Shown: one piece after another, positions 7,583 to 16,556 of the stretch
Layout of the letters: every line of letters begins with the position of its first letter
Position numbering within the stretch: position 1 is the stretch's first letter
DNA from: an uncultured Myxococcales bacterium
GTDB taxonomy: Bacteria > Myxococcota > UBA4151
Assembly: GCA_964013405.1 (NCBI GenBank)
Contig: CAXGWI010000037.1
Coordinates: 1-25,902 of the forward strand
Direction of reading: 5' to 3'
DNA: 25,902 bases
Notes under the pieces: generated by a model
The model's database searches: none
Seen by the model: the letters and a program-made list of their open reading frames with translations, nothing else
Told to the model about the DNA's origin: nothing
Translations under genes and position numbers: made by a program

Positions 7583-9914
7583 GTGACTTTCTTCCGACTC
7601 GGGCAACTGCCGGAGTTTTGCGGCGTCGCAGGAGCATGGCGAGGAGAAAGAGCAGGCCGATCTCCCGAGCCGGCGCATTCTGACAGCCACATCCGCTTTC
7701 TGGTGGGAGCCCAGCACCGGCATCGGTGCTGATACCTCCATCGGCAGCAGGCGGTTCAGAGGGACCCGCATCAGAGCCTGTCGGGGGCTCTGGGGGCGAT
7801 TCTGGGGGGGGCGGTGCGGGGGCACAGCCCGCATCCCCGGCCTGGACCAAATGCAGAGCGATGTCATCGACGTAGGCATCGTTGTCGCTGCCTGCGTGTC
7901 GGGTGCCTTGCAGTCGTACACGGATCGATCTGGTCATGGCCGGGATGGGCGTCGTCAGGCCCATACGCTGCCAGCCCCGGGCCCGACGTGTGAGGGCATC
8001 GCTGGTACTCAGCAAGGTGCCATCGCCGGCAAGAAACTGCAGGTCCACCCGCACCTCGTCGTTGCCATTAAAGTCGCTCAGCCAGGCGCTCAGGCGGGCG
8101 TGAAGGTCACCGGCATCCACCGCATCTGACCGATCGCTGAGGTCGACATCTTGATAAGCTTCCGCTTCATCGGCTGCATCGCACACACCGCCGACGGCAA
8201 AGTAGCGCTCGCCGCTGTGGGGTTCGATCCCATCACACTCACCATCGGTGACCGATTCAAAGTAACCTGCAACGACAGTCCAGCCCTCGGTTCCCCCTTC
8301 GGCATCGCCGTTGACGACCAGGTTCGGGCCCCCAGGGGCCGCGGTGGTCGTGAAGGTAACGGGCTCTGACCAAGCACTCCAGGCCAGACCTTCATCCCGA
8401 TAGCGTAGCCGCCAGCAGTAGTTCGTGTTCTCATCCAGTCCTTCGAAGACCTCGTCTTCCAGCAAGTCGTTCGCTTGGTCGTCGGTCTCGAAGTAGAGAT
8501 TCATGCTTTGTTTCCAGGATTCGAAGGCCGGGGGGTCGAAGTCGTCACAGGCTTTGGCGATCTGCCAATGGGTGGAGCCGTGGCCATCACCGTCTGGATC
8601 CCGGTAGGGACTGCCCTGCAGGGTTAAGCAATCGGGACGTACCGCTTCGGAATGGGCCCACGCTGTGGGTTGTTGCGGGGCTTCGTTGTGGCGCCGGATC
8701 GTCAGTCGGTCGGTCTCCTCGTTGTCCCGGATCGCCCCCGGTCGCCCCCGGCTGTAGCGGCGCAGGGTGAAGGCCGCTTCATCGCCGGCGATGATGTCGG
8801 CCACCACAAAACCGTAATCGGCCGTCGTCATGACGAACTCGGGGTAGTCCTGTTGGGCGTACTCGCCCCAGCCATCGATCTTTCCGCCGGCCGTGGCCAC
8901 GTTCATCATGGTGTGGTTGTGATCCCGGGACTGGCCGCGCGAATAGCCGTGGGTGTGGCCAAAGAAATGAACGCTCGGCTTGTCGCATTCGGTGGAGAAG
9001 GTCTCGAGGCGCTCGATGACCTCACCGGTAAAGGAGGTGTTTCCGGCGATCCAGAGTTCGCTCTCAAAGGGGTGATGCAATTGAGCAAAGACAAAGTCGG
9101 TCAGCGGGTCTTCACAGGTTTCAGCCAGCAACTCGGTGAGCCAGTCTAACTGCTGCTGGGTTCGATAACCGTTGTTGGAGTCGAGTCCGATGATGCGCAC
9201 ATTGCTCCGGTCGATCCACCACCAGTGCTCTTCCAGGCCAAAAGACCCGTTCTCTGGCAGATGGAAGTAACTGAAGAAACGGGGACTATCTCGTTCGTGG
9301 TTACCGGGGACGGGGTAGAGCGGCACTTCGGCGAAAAGCTCGGCGGCCGGGGCAAAGAAGGTCTCCCGCCACTCGTCGATTCGCTGGCCATTGTCGACGA
9401 GATCACCGGCGATCATGACCAGGTCCACGTGGTCGCTGAGCTCAGCGCCGTGCTGGGCTCGAATATGGCTGATGACGCCCTCGTTCACCACCTCCCGAAA
9501 CATCTGGGGCTGACGGGAGTCCCGCTGCATGTCGCTCATGGCGACGAGGCGGGTGGCTGCTTCGTCGGGACGCTCTGAAGGGGTCCGAAAGCGATGGATC
9601 TCGCTGACCGCCGCTTCCGTTCGAACTCGATAGTGATAGCTCTGGTTTGCTTCCAGGCCACTGATTTCGACCGTGTGGATGCGGGCGCTCCCGGCACTGA
9701 GTCCGGCTTCACCGGAGCTCGTTTGGCCCAAGGCTTCGGTGGGGCCCCATTCAACGATGCTCTCTGCGCCGTGACTGGTCTCCCACATGATGACCGCCGA
9801 TGTGGGGTGGATATCTTGGAGGTAGGGTTGGACATGGAATTCCTGGGCCTGGGCGGGCAGTGCCAGCAGGCAACTTAACCCCAAGAAGACGGCAGCTTCG
9901 CGTCGGTGCATCAT
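7557..9914 (-). CDS. Secreted purple-acid-phosphatase-like metallophosphoesterase with FN3-like and beta-sandwich domains and a MYXO-CTERM-like anchor
   Basis: Signal peptide (AQA cleavage), PAP N-terminal domain (PYLQ...W.T...GLEANQSYHYRV), metal motifs SDMQ, GDLV, GNHE, HHP and GHTH, a second FN3-like segment (YCWRLRYRD), an NLVVNGDAE...VDDI domain, a Pro-rich linker, and SGCGCQ-hydrophobic-RRRK at the C-terminus. Confidence 0.88.
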   Translation of the reverse strand: MMHRREAAVFLGLSCLLALPAQAQEFHVQPYLQDIHPTSAVIMWETSHGAESIVEWGPTEALGQTSSGEAGLSAGSARIHTVEISGLEANQSYHYRVRTEAAVSEIHRFRTPSERPDEAATRLVAMSDMQRDSRQPQMFREVVNEGVISHIRAQHGAELSDHVDLVMIAGDLVDNGQRIDEWRETFFAPAAELFAEVPLYPVPGNHERDSPRFFSYFHLPENGSFGLEEHWWWIDRSNVRIIGLDSNNGYRTQQQLDWLTELLAETCEDPLTDFVFAQLHHPFESELWIAGNTSFTGEVIERLETFSTECDKPSVHFFGHTHGYSRGQSRDHNHTMMNVATAGGKIDGWGEYAQQDYPEFVMTTADYGFVVADIIAGDEAAFTLRRYSRGRPGAIRDNEETDRLTIRRHNEAPQQPTAWAHSEAVRPDCLTLQGSPYRDPDGDGHGSTHWQIAKACDDFDPPAFESWKQSMNLYFETDDQANDLLEDEVFEGLDENTNYCWRLRYRDEGLAWSAWSEPVTFTTTAAPGGPNLVVNGDAEGGTEGWTVVAGYFESVTDGECDGIEPHSGERYFAVGGVCDAADEAEAYQDVDLSDRSDAVDAGDLHARLSAWLSDFNGNDEVRVDLQFLAGDGTLLSTSDALTRRARGWQRMGLTTPIPAMTRSIRVRLQGTRHAGSDNDAYVDDIALHLVQAGDAGCAPAPPPPESPPEPPTGSDAGPSEPPAADGGISTDAGAGLPPESGCGCQNAPAREIGLLFLLAMLLRRRKTPAVARVGRKSLAARPKRR

Positions 9915-10786
9915 AGCTCCAAGCCGGCCATTTCCTCGGCTAAACCGAAGCCAGCATCGAGGACTTGAAGGCGCTCGGCGCTGTCGGGCCGGGCCGCCGG
10001 GTTGCTGTGGTTAAGGTGGGTGAAGTGAATCTTTTGGCGCAGTTCAGCCGGCAGGGACTGAAACCGAGCCATGCTGTCGGTGAGAAAGGGGTGAGGGATC
10101 GAGGCCATGCGCCCGCCGGGGAGCTCCGTGGCGTCGAAGAAGGTTCCATCGACCCAGGCCAAATCGAGGTTGGGCAGGAGGTCGGGGAGGGAGCGGTCCC
10201 AAGCGGCCCAATCGTCGATGTCGGGCAGGTGGAGGACCGATCGGTCTGGCCCCTGAATCATAAAGGCCACGGTTTCGGAGATCTCGTCTCGGTGGGGGAC
10301 CACGAGGGGCGTGATCTCCAGGCCGTCGGCCAGGGGGACGGCTTCATCAGCCCGAAGGTGGTGAAGCCTGATATGGTCCTGGTCCACCAGTTGTTTCCAG
10401 GGCTCGTGATGGGCGAGAAACTGGGCCATGCGGGGCATGGCGTAAACCGGCAACGAGCGGGTGCCCATCACTTCCCTGCCCAGGTGGATGAGGCCCGTGT
10501 AATGGCCGATATGCGCGTGGGTGAGAAAAACCCCGCTCAGTCCCCAGGCTGGGTCACTGATTTGATTCAGGCGGTCCAGTTGGCGGGGGAATTCTGGTGT
10601 GCAGTCCAGCAGCCATCGCTGTTGGCTACGGGGATCCACCAGCCCGAGGCAGGCGGGCAGCCGAACCTGGCTCGGTTCGCGCCGGGCCGATTCGCAGCAG
10701 TCTTTTTGGCAACCTGCGTGGGGAATGCCCCCATCTTGTGCGGTCCCAAGAACCACAGCAAACGGCGAGGTTTCGACTTCGGTCAC
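9911..10786 (-). CDS. MBL-fold metallo-hydrolase, PqqB/PhnP-like
   Basis: VVLGTAQDGGIPHAGCQKDCC, LLDCTP, LTHAHIGHY, VPHRDE, DGTFF, HP and FTHLNHSNP. Its stop overlaps the next start (ATGA). Confidence 0.85.
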   Translation of the reverse strand: MTEVETSPFAVVLGTAQDGGIPHAGCQKDCCESARREPSQVRLPACLGLVDPRSQQRWLLDCTPEFPRQLDRLNQISDPAWGLSGVFLTHAHIGHYTGLIHLGREVMGTRSLPVYAMPRMAQFLAHHEPWKQLVDQDHIRLHHLRADEAVPLADGLEITPLVVPHRDEISETVAFMIQGPDRSVLHLPDIDDWAAWDRSLPDLLPNLDLAWVDGTFFDATELPGGRMASIPHPFLTDSMARFQSLPAELRQKIHFTHLNHSNPAARPDSAERLQVLDAGFGLAEEMAGLEL

Positions 10787-10885
10787 GGCAGCAGACCCTT
10801 TCTCGATGGAGCACTGTAGGGCGCTTCGCAGGCCCTGTCACCAGGCCCCTCGACAGGGGGGCTAAGGCAGTGCACTGTCGTCTGT

Positions 10886-11431
10886 ATGATCATGCCCGTC
10901 CCCCCCCAGATTGAAGAAGGTCTCGCCGAGCCTTTGCTCAAGGCCAACCGGCTTGTGGTGGCCCAGCAGCGTCCCCGGGGCCGTAAACGGCGCCTTTTCG
11001 TGTTGCTCGTTCTCGGCCTCCTGATCGGCTGGTCCATCACCATCACGGTCGAAGCCACCAGCGTCACCAGCTTTTGGCTCCAGATTGCCGCCGTCGTGCT
11101 GGTGATTCTTGCGGCCGTCGATGAACTGCGGCGGGTGCTTGCGCCCGGCGATCCGGCTCAGGTGGGTACGGAGTTGGTCTTTTTCCACAGCGATGGGCGG
11201 GAAGAGCCGCTCACCAACTATCTTCACCTCGAGCTCTTCGTGCTCAGCAAGGATGATATTTTTCTGCCGAGTCTGCGGCAGCAATGCGTCCTTGTGCTGC
11301 GGCACCAAGAGGACCGCCACCTCGACTTGGAGGTGGGAATTGTCACCGGTCGTGGGGCCGGTGAGCACTACGCTCAAGAAATCGCTGAGCGCCTCAAAAA
11401 GCCCCTCGAAGGGGTCTATGTACCAGCTTGA
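10886..11431 (+). CDS. Hypothetical membrane protein (two TM helices)
   Basis: A basic stretch (RGRKRR) followed by two hydrophobic segments. It fills the gap between its neighbours. The start position is uncertain. Confidence 0.7.
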   Translation: MIMPVPPQIEEGLAEPLLKANRLVVAQQRPRGRKRRLFVLLVLGLLIGWSITITVEATSVTSFWLQIAAVVLVILAAVDELRRVLAPGDPAQVGTELVFFHSDGREEPLTNYLHLELFVLSKDDIFLPSLRQQCVLVLRHQEDRHLDLEVGIVTGRGAGEHYAQEIAERLKKPLEGVYVPA

Positions 11432-11502
11432 ACGACCGGTGGCTTAGGATGCTGCGGCAACCTTTGGGCTCCGCTGTCGCTCGGGCTTGATGAAGATTTC
11501 CG

Positions 11503-13080
11503 TTATTCGGGCTTTAGTTTCGCCATATCGGAATCGACCTTGTCCAGCACAGTGGGCTCGAGGTCGCCGGCTCGTCCCGCATTAAAAGCGGTGATGCCCC
11601 TTTCCTCGTCGGTACCGGGGATGGTGTTGTCCAAGACAAGTGCCGCGAAGGCACCCACCGCCATGCCCGTTTGGCCTAGGGTGTTTAGGATGCTGGCGAG
11701 CAACGTGGAGAGGTCTGTGATGATGGCATCGAGGTGGCAACGGAGGGAGTAACCACAGGCTGCGACCTCGGCCGCTGCCGGATCCTGATTCAAGACGATG
11801 GGGTTCGCGGCAAAGTACTCGGGCACGCTCAGTCCCATAAAGATGGCAAAGCCGATGATGAAGAGGTTGCGGCTGGAGTTGAGGTCAACGAACTGGAGGT
11901 TCGAGAGCCCAACGGAAGCGATCATGCCGAACATGGCACAGTACATGCCCCCAACAATGGGTTGGGGGATGGTGGTAAAAAGGGCACCGAACTTCGCCAC
12001 CAGCCCCAAGACGATCATGATCATAGCGCCTGCTTGGACAACCCGCCGAGCGCCGACTCGGGTCAGGCCGATGGCGCCGATATTTTCGGAGTAACTGGTG
12101 GTGCCATTACCCGTGCCCATGATGCCCGCAATGAGGCTGCCGATGCCTTCGAACATGATGCCTCGGTTGACGGTTTTGGCGTCTGGCGTGGGGGCGCCTG
12201 CAAGTCGTGCGCAAGCATAGTAATCGCCAATACTCTCAACCATGGAGGCGATGTAGCCAGCGATCATCCCGACGATGGCGGCAGCCCCAAAGACCGGCAT
12301 TCCCCATTGAAAGGGGTAGGGGACACGGATCCACGGAGCGCTATGCAGGTTGGCGAGGCTCGTGTGGGCAGGGTGGGCTGCGGTGACGACTTCGCCGGCG
12401 TCATTGAGGACGGCACCGGGGAAATAACCCAGGTAGGTGCATACGGCTGCCACTGCCCAGGCCCCGACGATGGCCAGAAGGATGGGATAGAGTTCGAAGG
12501 CTCGATGCTTCTTCCTCAGATACTGGCTGAACAGGATGATCAAGAAGATGGTCAAGCCACCAATGGGCCAATGGCTACCGGCCACCGGGGCACCAAACTT
12601 AAAGAGCGCCAAGCCGATGAGCGCGATGGTGGGTGCGATCACAATCGGGCCAATGAAGCGAAGCATCTTGCCCACCAGACCGGTTGCGCCAACGATGATC
12701 TCCATGATTGCACCAACGATGATCGCACCTTGCACGTGCTGCATGCGGACCTCGAAGCCAGCCTCTGCAACGCCCGCCATGCCACAAATAGCGAAGGTGG
12801 GTGCGAGGAAGGAGAAGGTGCCGCCTTGGATGATAGGCAGACGGTTGCCCCAGGTCGTTTGTAGGAGCGTGGTGATGCCGCTAACAAAGAACATGGTGGC
12901 GATCAGGGCGCCCAGTTGGGCCGGATCCTTATCGATGCCTAAGGGCTTGCTGAGCAGCAGAGGAATCGCCACCGTGGAGCCAAACATCGTCAAGTAATGC
13001 TGAAAGCCCAGGGCGAGGGTCTCACCGGTCGGCGGGCGATCATCGATACCGTAGATCAGGTCGTTTTCATTTTCGGACAT
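11503..13080 (-). CDS. NCS2/NAT family nucleobase (uracil/xanthine) permease
   Basis: LGFQHYLTMFG (QH motif), SGITTLLQT, RLPIIQG, ESIGDY, and the NAT signature TTSYSENIGAIGLTRVGARRV. The ATG at 13080 is preferred over the 13125 start in the ORF track. Confidence 0.93.
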   Translation of the reverse strand: MSENENDLIYGIDDRPPTGETLALGFQHYLTMFGSTVAIPLLLSKPLGIDKDPAQLGALIATMFFVSGITTLLQTTWGNRLPIIQGGTFSFLAPTFAICGMAGVAEAGFEVRMQHVQGAIIVGAIMEIIVGATGLVGKMLRFIGPIVIAPTIALIGLALFKFGAPVAGSHWPIGGLTIFLIILFSQYLRKKHRAFELYPILLAIVGAWAVAAVCTYLGYFPGAVLNDAGEVVTAAHPAHTSLANLHSAPWIRVPYPFQWGMPVFGAAAIVGMIAGYIASMVESIGDYYACARLAGAPTPDAKTVNRGIMFEGIGSLIAGIMGTGNGTTSYSENIGAIGLTRVGARRVVQAGAMIMIVLGLVAKFGALFTTIPQPIVGGMYCAMFGMIASVGLSNLQFVDLNSSRNLFIIGFAIFMGLSVPEYFAANPIVLNQDPAAAEVAACGYSLRCHLDAIITDLSTLLASILNTLGQTGMAVGAFAALVLDNTIPGTDEERGITAFNAGRAGDLEPTVLDKVDSDMAKLKPE

Positions 13081-13196
13081 GGCTGTATTTTTCCGTTCGA
13101 TGCTTTCGGCAGGCCCCGCTACCATAAATCCGAAGACTTCCTAAGTGGAGGTTTTGGCAGTAAAGAATGCTGCCGAAAGTTAAAAAGGAGTCATCC

Positions 13197-14069
13197 ATGG
13201 CACGCAATGTCCGAGTGGGCCTCATCCAGGCCGCCAATGTGATTAATGATGAGTCTGTCCCCGTCGCAGAGATTCAGGAAGCGATGTTTCAAGCCCACCT
13301 CCCCTTGATCGAAGAGGCCGGTGAGGCGGGGGTTCAAATCCTGGGCCTGCAGGAAATTTTTAACGGCCCCTACTTTTGTCCGGGTCAGGACAAGCGCTGG
13401 TACGACGCTGCGGAGCCGGCCGATGGCCCGACCGTGGAACGCCTCCGGCCTTACTGCCAAAAGTACGACATGGCGATGGTGGTACCCATTTATGAGCGGG
13501 CGATGGCCGGTGTGTATTACAACTCGGCCGTGGTCCTTGATGCCGATGGTTCCACCGTTGGCCTCTACCGGAAGAACCACATCCCCCAGACCAGCGGCTT
13601 TTGGGAGAAGTACTTCTTCAAGCCGGGGAACCTCGGTTACCCCGTCTTCCAAACCAAGTACGGTAAAGTGGGCGTCTACATTTGTTACGATCGCCACTTT
13701 CCCGAAGGAGCCCGGCTTTTGGGACTTAATGGCGCCGAGGTGGTCTTCAACCCTTCGGCGACTGTGGCCGGTCTAAGCCAGTATCTCTGGGAACTCGAGC
13801 AGCCGGCGCACGCGGTCGCCAACGGCTACTTTATGGCGGCCAGTAACCGGGTCGGCACCGAGGCGCCTTGGAACATCGGTAAGTTCTACGGCACCTCCTA
13901 CATCTGCAATCCCCGGGGCGAGTTTCTAGCCAAAGCCGGCGAGGACAACGATGAGGTGGTCTACGCCGACTGTGACTTTGATATGATCGAGGAAGTTCGC
14001 AAGGTCTGGCAGTTCTACCGGGATCGGCGCCCGGACACCTATGACGACATGGTTCGGCAGTTGCCCTGA
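13197..14069 (+). CDS. Nitrilase-family beta-ureidopropionase (N-carbamoyl-beta-alanine amidohydrolase)
   Basis: Nitrilase triad motifs LQEIF, YRKNHIP and ICYDRHFPE, plus FWEKYFFKPGNLGYPVF. AAGGAG SD before the ATG at 13197. The pyrimidine-catabolism context supports the call. Confidence 0.88.
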   Translation: MARNVRVGLIQAANVINDESVPVAEIQEAMFQAHLPLIEEAGEAGVQILGLQEIFNGPYFCPGQDKRWYDAAEPADGPTVERLRPYCQKYDMAMVVPIYERAMAGVYYNSAVVLDADGSTVGLYRKNHIPQTSGFWEKYFFKPGNLGYPVFQTKYGKVGVYICYDRHFPEGARLLGLNGAEVVFNPSATVAGLSQYLWELEQPAHAVANGYFMAASNRVGTEAPWNIGKFYGTSYICNPRGEFLAKAGEDNDEVVYADCDFDMIEEVRKVWQFYRDRRPDTYDDMVRQLP

Positions 14070-15370
14070 TGACCAGCAGCCAGGACGTTCGCGACAAGCA
14101 TGAGCGCCACATGTTCCCCGCAGTGGGGAACTACTATGAAGAGCCGGTGGTGCTCACCGAAGGCAAGGGCAGCCGGATCAAGGATCTCGATGGCCGCGAG
14201 TACCTTGATTTCTTTGGTGGTATTCTGACCGTCAGTGTAGGGCACGCCAATGAGCGGGTGACTGACGCTGTCGTGAAGCAGGCACAGAGGATTAGCCACG
14301 TCAGTGCTTTGTATCCGACGGTGCCGATGGTGGACTTGGCCGAACGGCTGGCCAACAGCACGCCGGGACAACTTCAAAAATGTTTCTTCACAGCCAGCGG
14401 AACCGAAGCTGATGAAACAGCGGTCATGATGGCCCAGGTGTTCACCGGCAACATGGAGGTGGTGGCATTACGCCACGGTTATTCAGGGCGCAGTATGTTG
14501 GCGCAGAGTCTGACGGCCCACAGCACCTGGCGAGCGCTTCCGACACAGATTGCGTCCATTAAGCATGCTCATCCTGGTTATTGTTATCGCTGCCCGTTCG
14601 GGGAAAGCAGTGAGTCCTGTGGGATGCGCTGTGCGAAGGATATCGAGGATCTCATCCAGACGACGACCACTGGGCGCATCGCGGGGATGCTGGCGGAACC
14701 GATCCAGGGGGTGGGGGGATTCATTACCCCGCCCAAGAAATACTTCCAGATCGCTGCTGAAATCATTCGCAAGTATGGCGGGGTTTTCATCAGTGACGAG
14801 GTTCAGACCGGCTTTGGTCGGACGGGGAAGATGTGGGGGATCGAGCAGTATGGTGTCGAACCGGACATGATGACGATGGCAAAGGGGATTGCGAATGGCT
14901 TTCCCTTGGGCGCGGTTATCGCCACGCCAGCGATTGCCGATTCCCTGGAGAAGCCCAGCATCTCGACCTTTGGGGGTAATCCGGTGAGCAGTGCGGCGGC
15001 GAATGCTGTTCTTGATGAAATCGAGCAGGAGAACTTGGTGGAAAATTGCCGGGTTCAGGGCCAGCGTTTGCGAGCCGGCTTAAAAGAGATCCAGGGGAAA
15101 CATCCTCAGATAGTCGGTGAAGTGCGCGGCATGGGCTTGATGCAGGCCCTTGAATTGGTCGTGGATGAAACCCGCAAAGATCGGACCCCAAACCCGGCGG
15201 CAAAGGCAGCGCTGTTTGAGGAAACGAAGAAGCGAGGATTGCTGATTGGTGCCGGTGGCCTCTACGGTAATGTCATTCGAATCTCGCCCATGTTGAATGT
15301 GACCGCTGATGAGGTGGATGAAGCCCTCGCTGGCTTGTCTGAAAGTTTCGACGCCATCGACCCGCGGTGA
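14069..15370 (+). CDS. Class III PLP aminotransferase (probable beta-alanine aminotransferase, AGXT2/PYD4-like)
   Basis: YLDFFGGILTVSVGH, SGTEA, EPIQGVGG, SDEVQTGFGRTG, TMAKGIANG (PLP lysine), STFGGNP and VRGMGLM. Coupled to the upstream gene by a TGATG overlap. Confidence 0.9.
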   Translation: MTSSQDVRDKHERHMFPAVGNYYEEPVVLTEGKGSRIKDLDGREYLDFFGGILTVSVGHANERVTDAVVKQAQRISHVSALYPTVPMVDLAERLANSTPGQLQKCFFTASGTEADETAVMMAQVFTGNMEVVALRHGYSGRSMLAQSLTAHSTWRALPTQIASIKHAHPGYCYRCPFGESSESCGMRCAKDIEDLIQTTTTGRIAGMLAEPIQGVGGFITPPKKYFQIAAEIIRKYGGVFISDEVQTGFGRTGKMWGIEQYGVEPDMMTMAKGIANGFPLGAVIATPAIADSLEKPSISTFGGNPVSSAAANAVLDEIEQENLVENCRVQGQRLRAGLKEIQGKHPQIVGEVRGMGLMQALELVVDETRKDRTPNPAAKAALFEETKKRGLLIGAGGLYGNVIRISPMLNVTADEVDEALAGLSESFDAIDPR

Positions 15371-15438
15371 ATTGCCAGGCTGGGTTTTCGCTCTTCGGCG
15401 ATCATGATAGCCCCAAGACCTGAATTGAGGAGTTGGCC

Positions 15439-16542
15439 ATGGCCGATTTGAGTACGACCGTAAACGGGATGAAGTTCCCGAACCCCTTTGTTTTGGGCAG
15501 CGGGCCACCTGGCACGAACGCTCGAGTGATGAATCGGAGCTTTGCGTTGGGCTGGGGAGGGATCGTCTGCAAGACCATTAGTCTTGAGAACGATAAGGTC
15601 GCTAACGTGACCCCCCGTTACGCTCGGTTGAAAAATCGAACCGACAAAACCGTGATTGGCTTTGAGAATATTGAGTTGATCAGTGACCGCCCCTTTGATG
15701 CCTGGTTGGATGATTTGGCTGAGTGCAAACAGGCCCATCCAGACAAGATGCTCATCGCCAGCATTATGGAAGAGTATTCGAAGGATGCCTGGATCGAGAT
15801 TACGGAGCGGATCGCAGCCACCGGCGTGGACGGCTTCGAACTGAACTTCAGTTGTCCCCATGGCATGCCTGAGCGCAAGATGGGCGCTGCCATGGGCGAG
15901 AACCCCGATATTGTTGAGGAAGTGACGGGATGGGTGGTAGCCGCCACCGATTTGCCGGTTTGGGCCAAGATGACACCTAACCTGACGGACATTACGGTGC
16001 CGGCGCATTCGGCTGTCCGTGGGGGTGCCCATGGCATCAGCGCCATCAACACCATCAAGTCGATTCTCGGCATCAACCATAAGACCCTTCGGCCCTTGCC
16101 GACGGTCCAAGGCTACACCGTGCCTGGGGGTTATTCCGGCGCTGCCGTCCGTCCCATCGCACTTCGACATGTCATGGAGTTAGCGGCCGGTATGCCTGAT
16201 GGCGTGACGATCTCTGGGATGGGGGGAGTAGAGACTGCGGAGGATGCGGCAGAGTTCATCCTTATGGGCAGCCACACGGTTCAGGTTTGCACCGGGGCGA
16301 TGCTGCAGGGCTATGAGATGATCGAGAGCCTCTGCGAAGGCTTGTCCAACTGGATGGACGAGCGGGGCTTTGCCAGCCTGGATGACTTCCGTGGGCATTG
16401 CCTTCAGTACTTCACCAGCCATGCGGATTTGGTCGAGCGGCAACGACAGGCCAAGATTGAGAAGGCCGGTCGTTCGAACCGAGACAACATGTGGAAGGGT
16501 GACATCGCCAAGGAGACCGAATCGCTCACGAGTAACCTCTAG
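15439..16542 (+). CDS. preA: Dihydropyrimidine dehydrogenase FMN subunit, lacking the C-terminal ferredoxin domain
   Basis: NPFVLGSGPP, GFENIELISDRP, LIASIM, ELNFSCPHGMPERKMGAAMG, WAKMTPN, SAINT, GGYSG.AVRPIAL and VQVCT. GAGGAG SD upstream. Confidence 0.92.
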   Translation: MADLSTTVNGMKFPNPFVLGSGPPGTNARVMNRSFALGWGGIVCKTISLENDKVANVTPRYARLKNRTDKTVIGFENIELISDRPFDAWLDDLAECKQAHPDKMLIASIMEEYSKDAWIEITERIAATGVDGFELNFSCPHGMPERKMGAAMGENPDIVEEVTGWVVAATDLPVWAKMTPNLTDITVPAHSAVRGGAHGISAINTIKSILGINHKTLRPLPTVQGYTVPGGYSGAAVRPIALRHVMELAAGMPDGVTISGMGGVETAEDAAEFILMGSHTVQVCTGAMLQGYEMIESLCEGLSNWMDERGFASLDDFRGHCLQYFTSHADLVERQRQAKIEKAGRSNRDNMWKGDIAKETESLTSNL

Positions 16543-16556
16543 GCTTTGGTCTTTTC

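Noticed and set aside
11734..12864. 376-aa plus-strand ORF
   Set aside because: It is an antisense shadow of the NCS2 permease, with no motifs. Such ORFs are common in GC-rich DNA.
13155..13170. Sigma54 promoter (TGGCAG...TGC)
   Set aside because: The GG-to-GC spacing is 11 nt rather than the required 10.
15262..16170. 302-aa minus-strand ORF
   Set aside because: It is an antisense shadow of preA.
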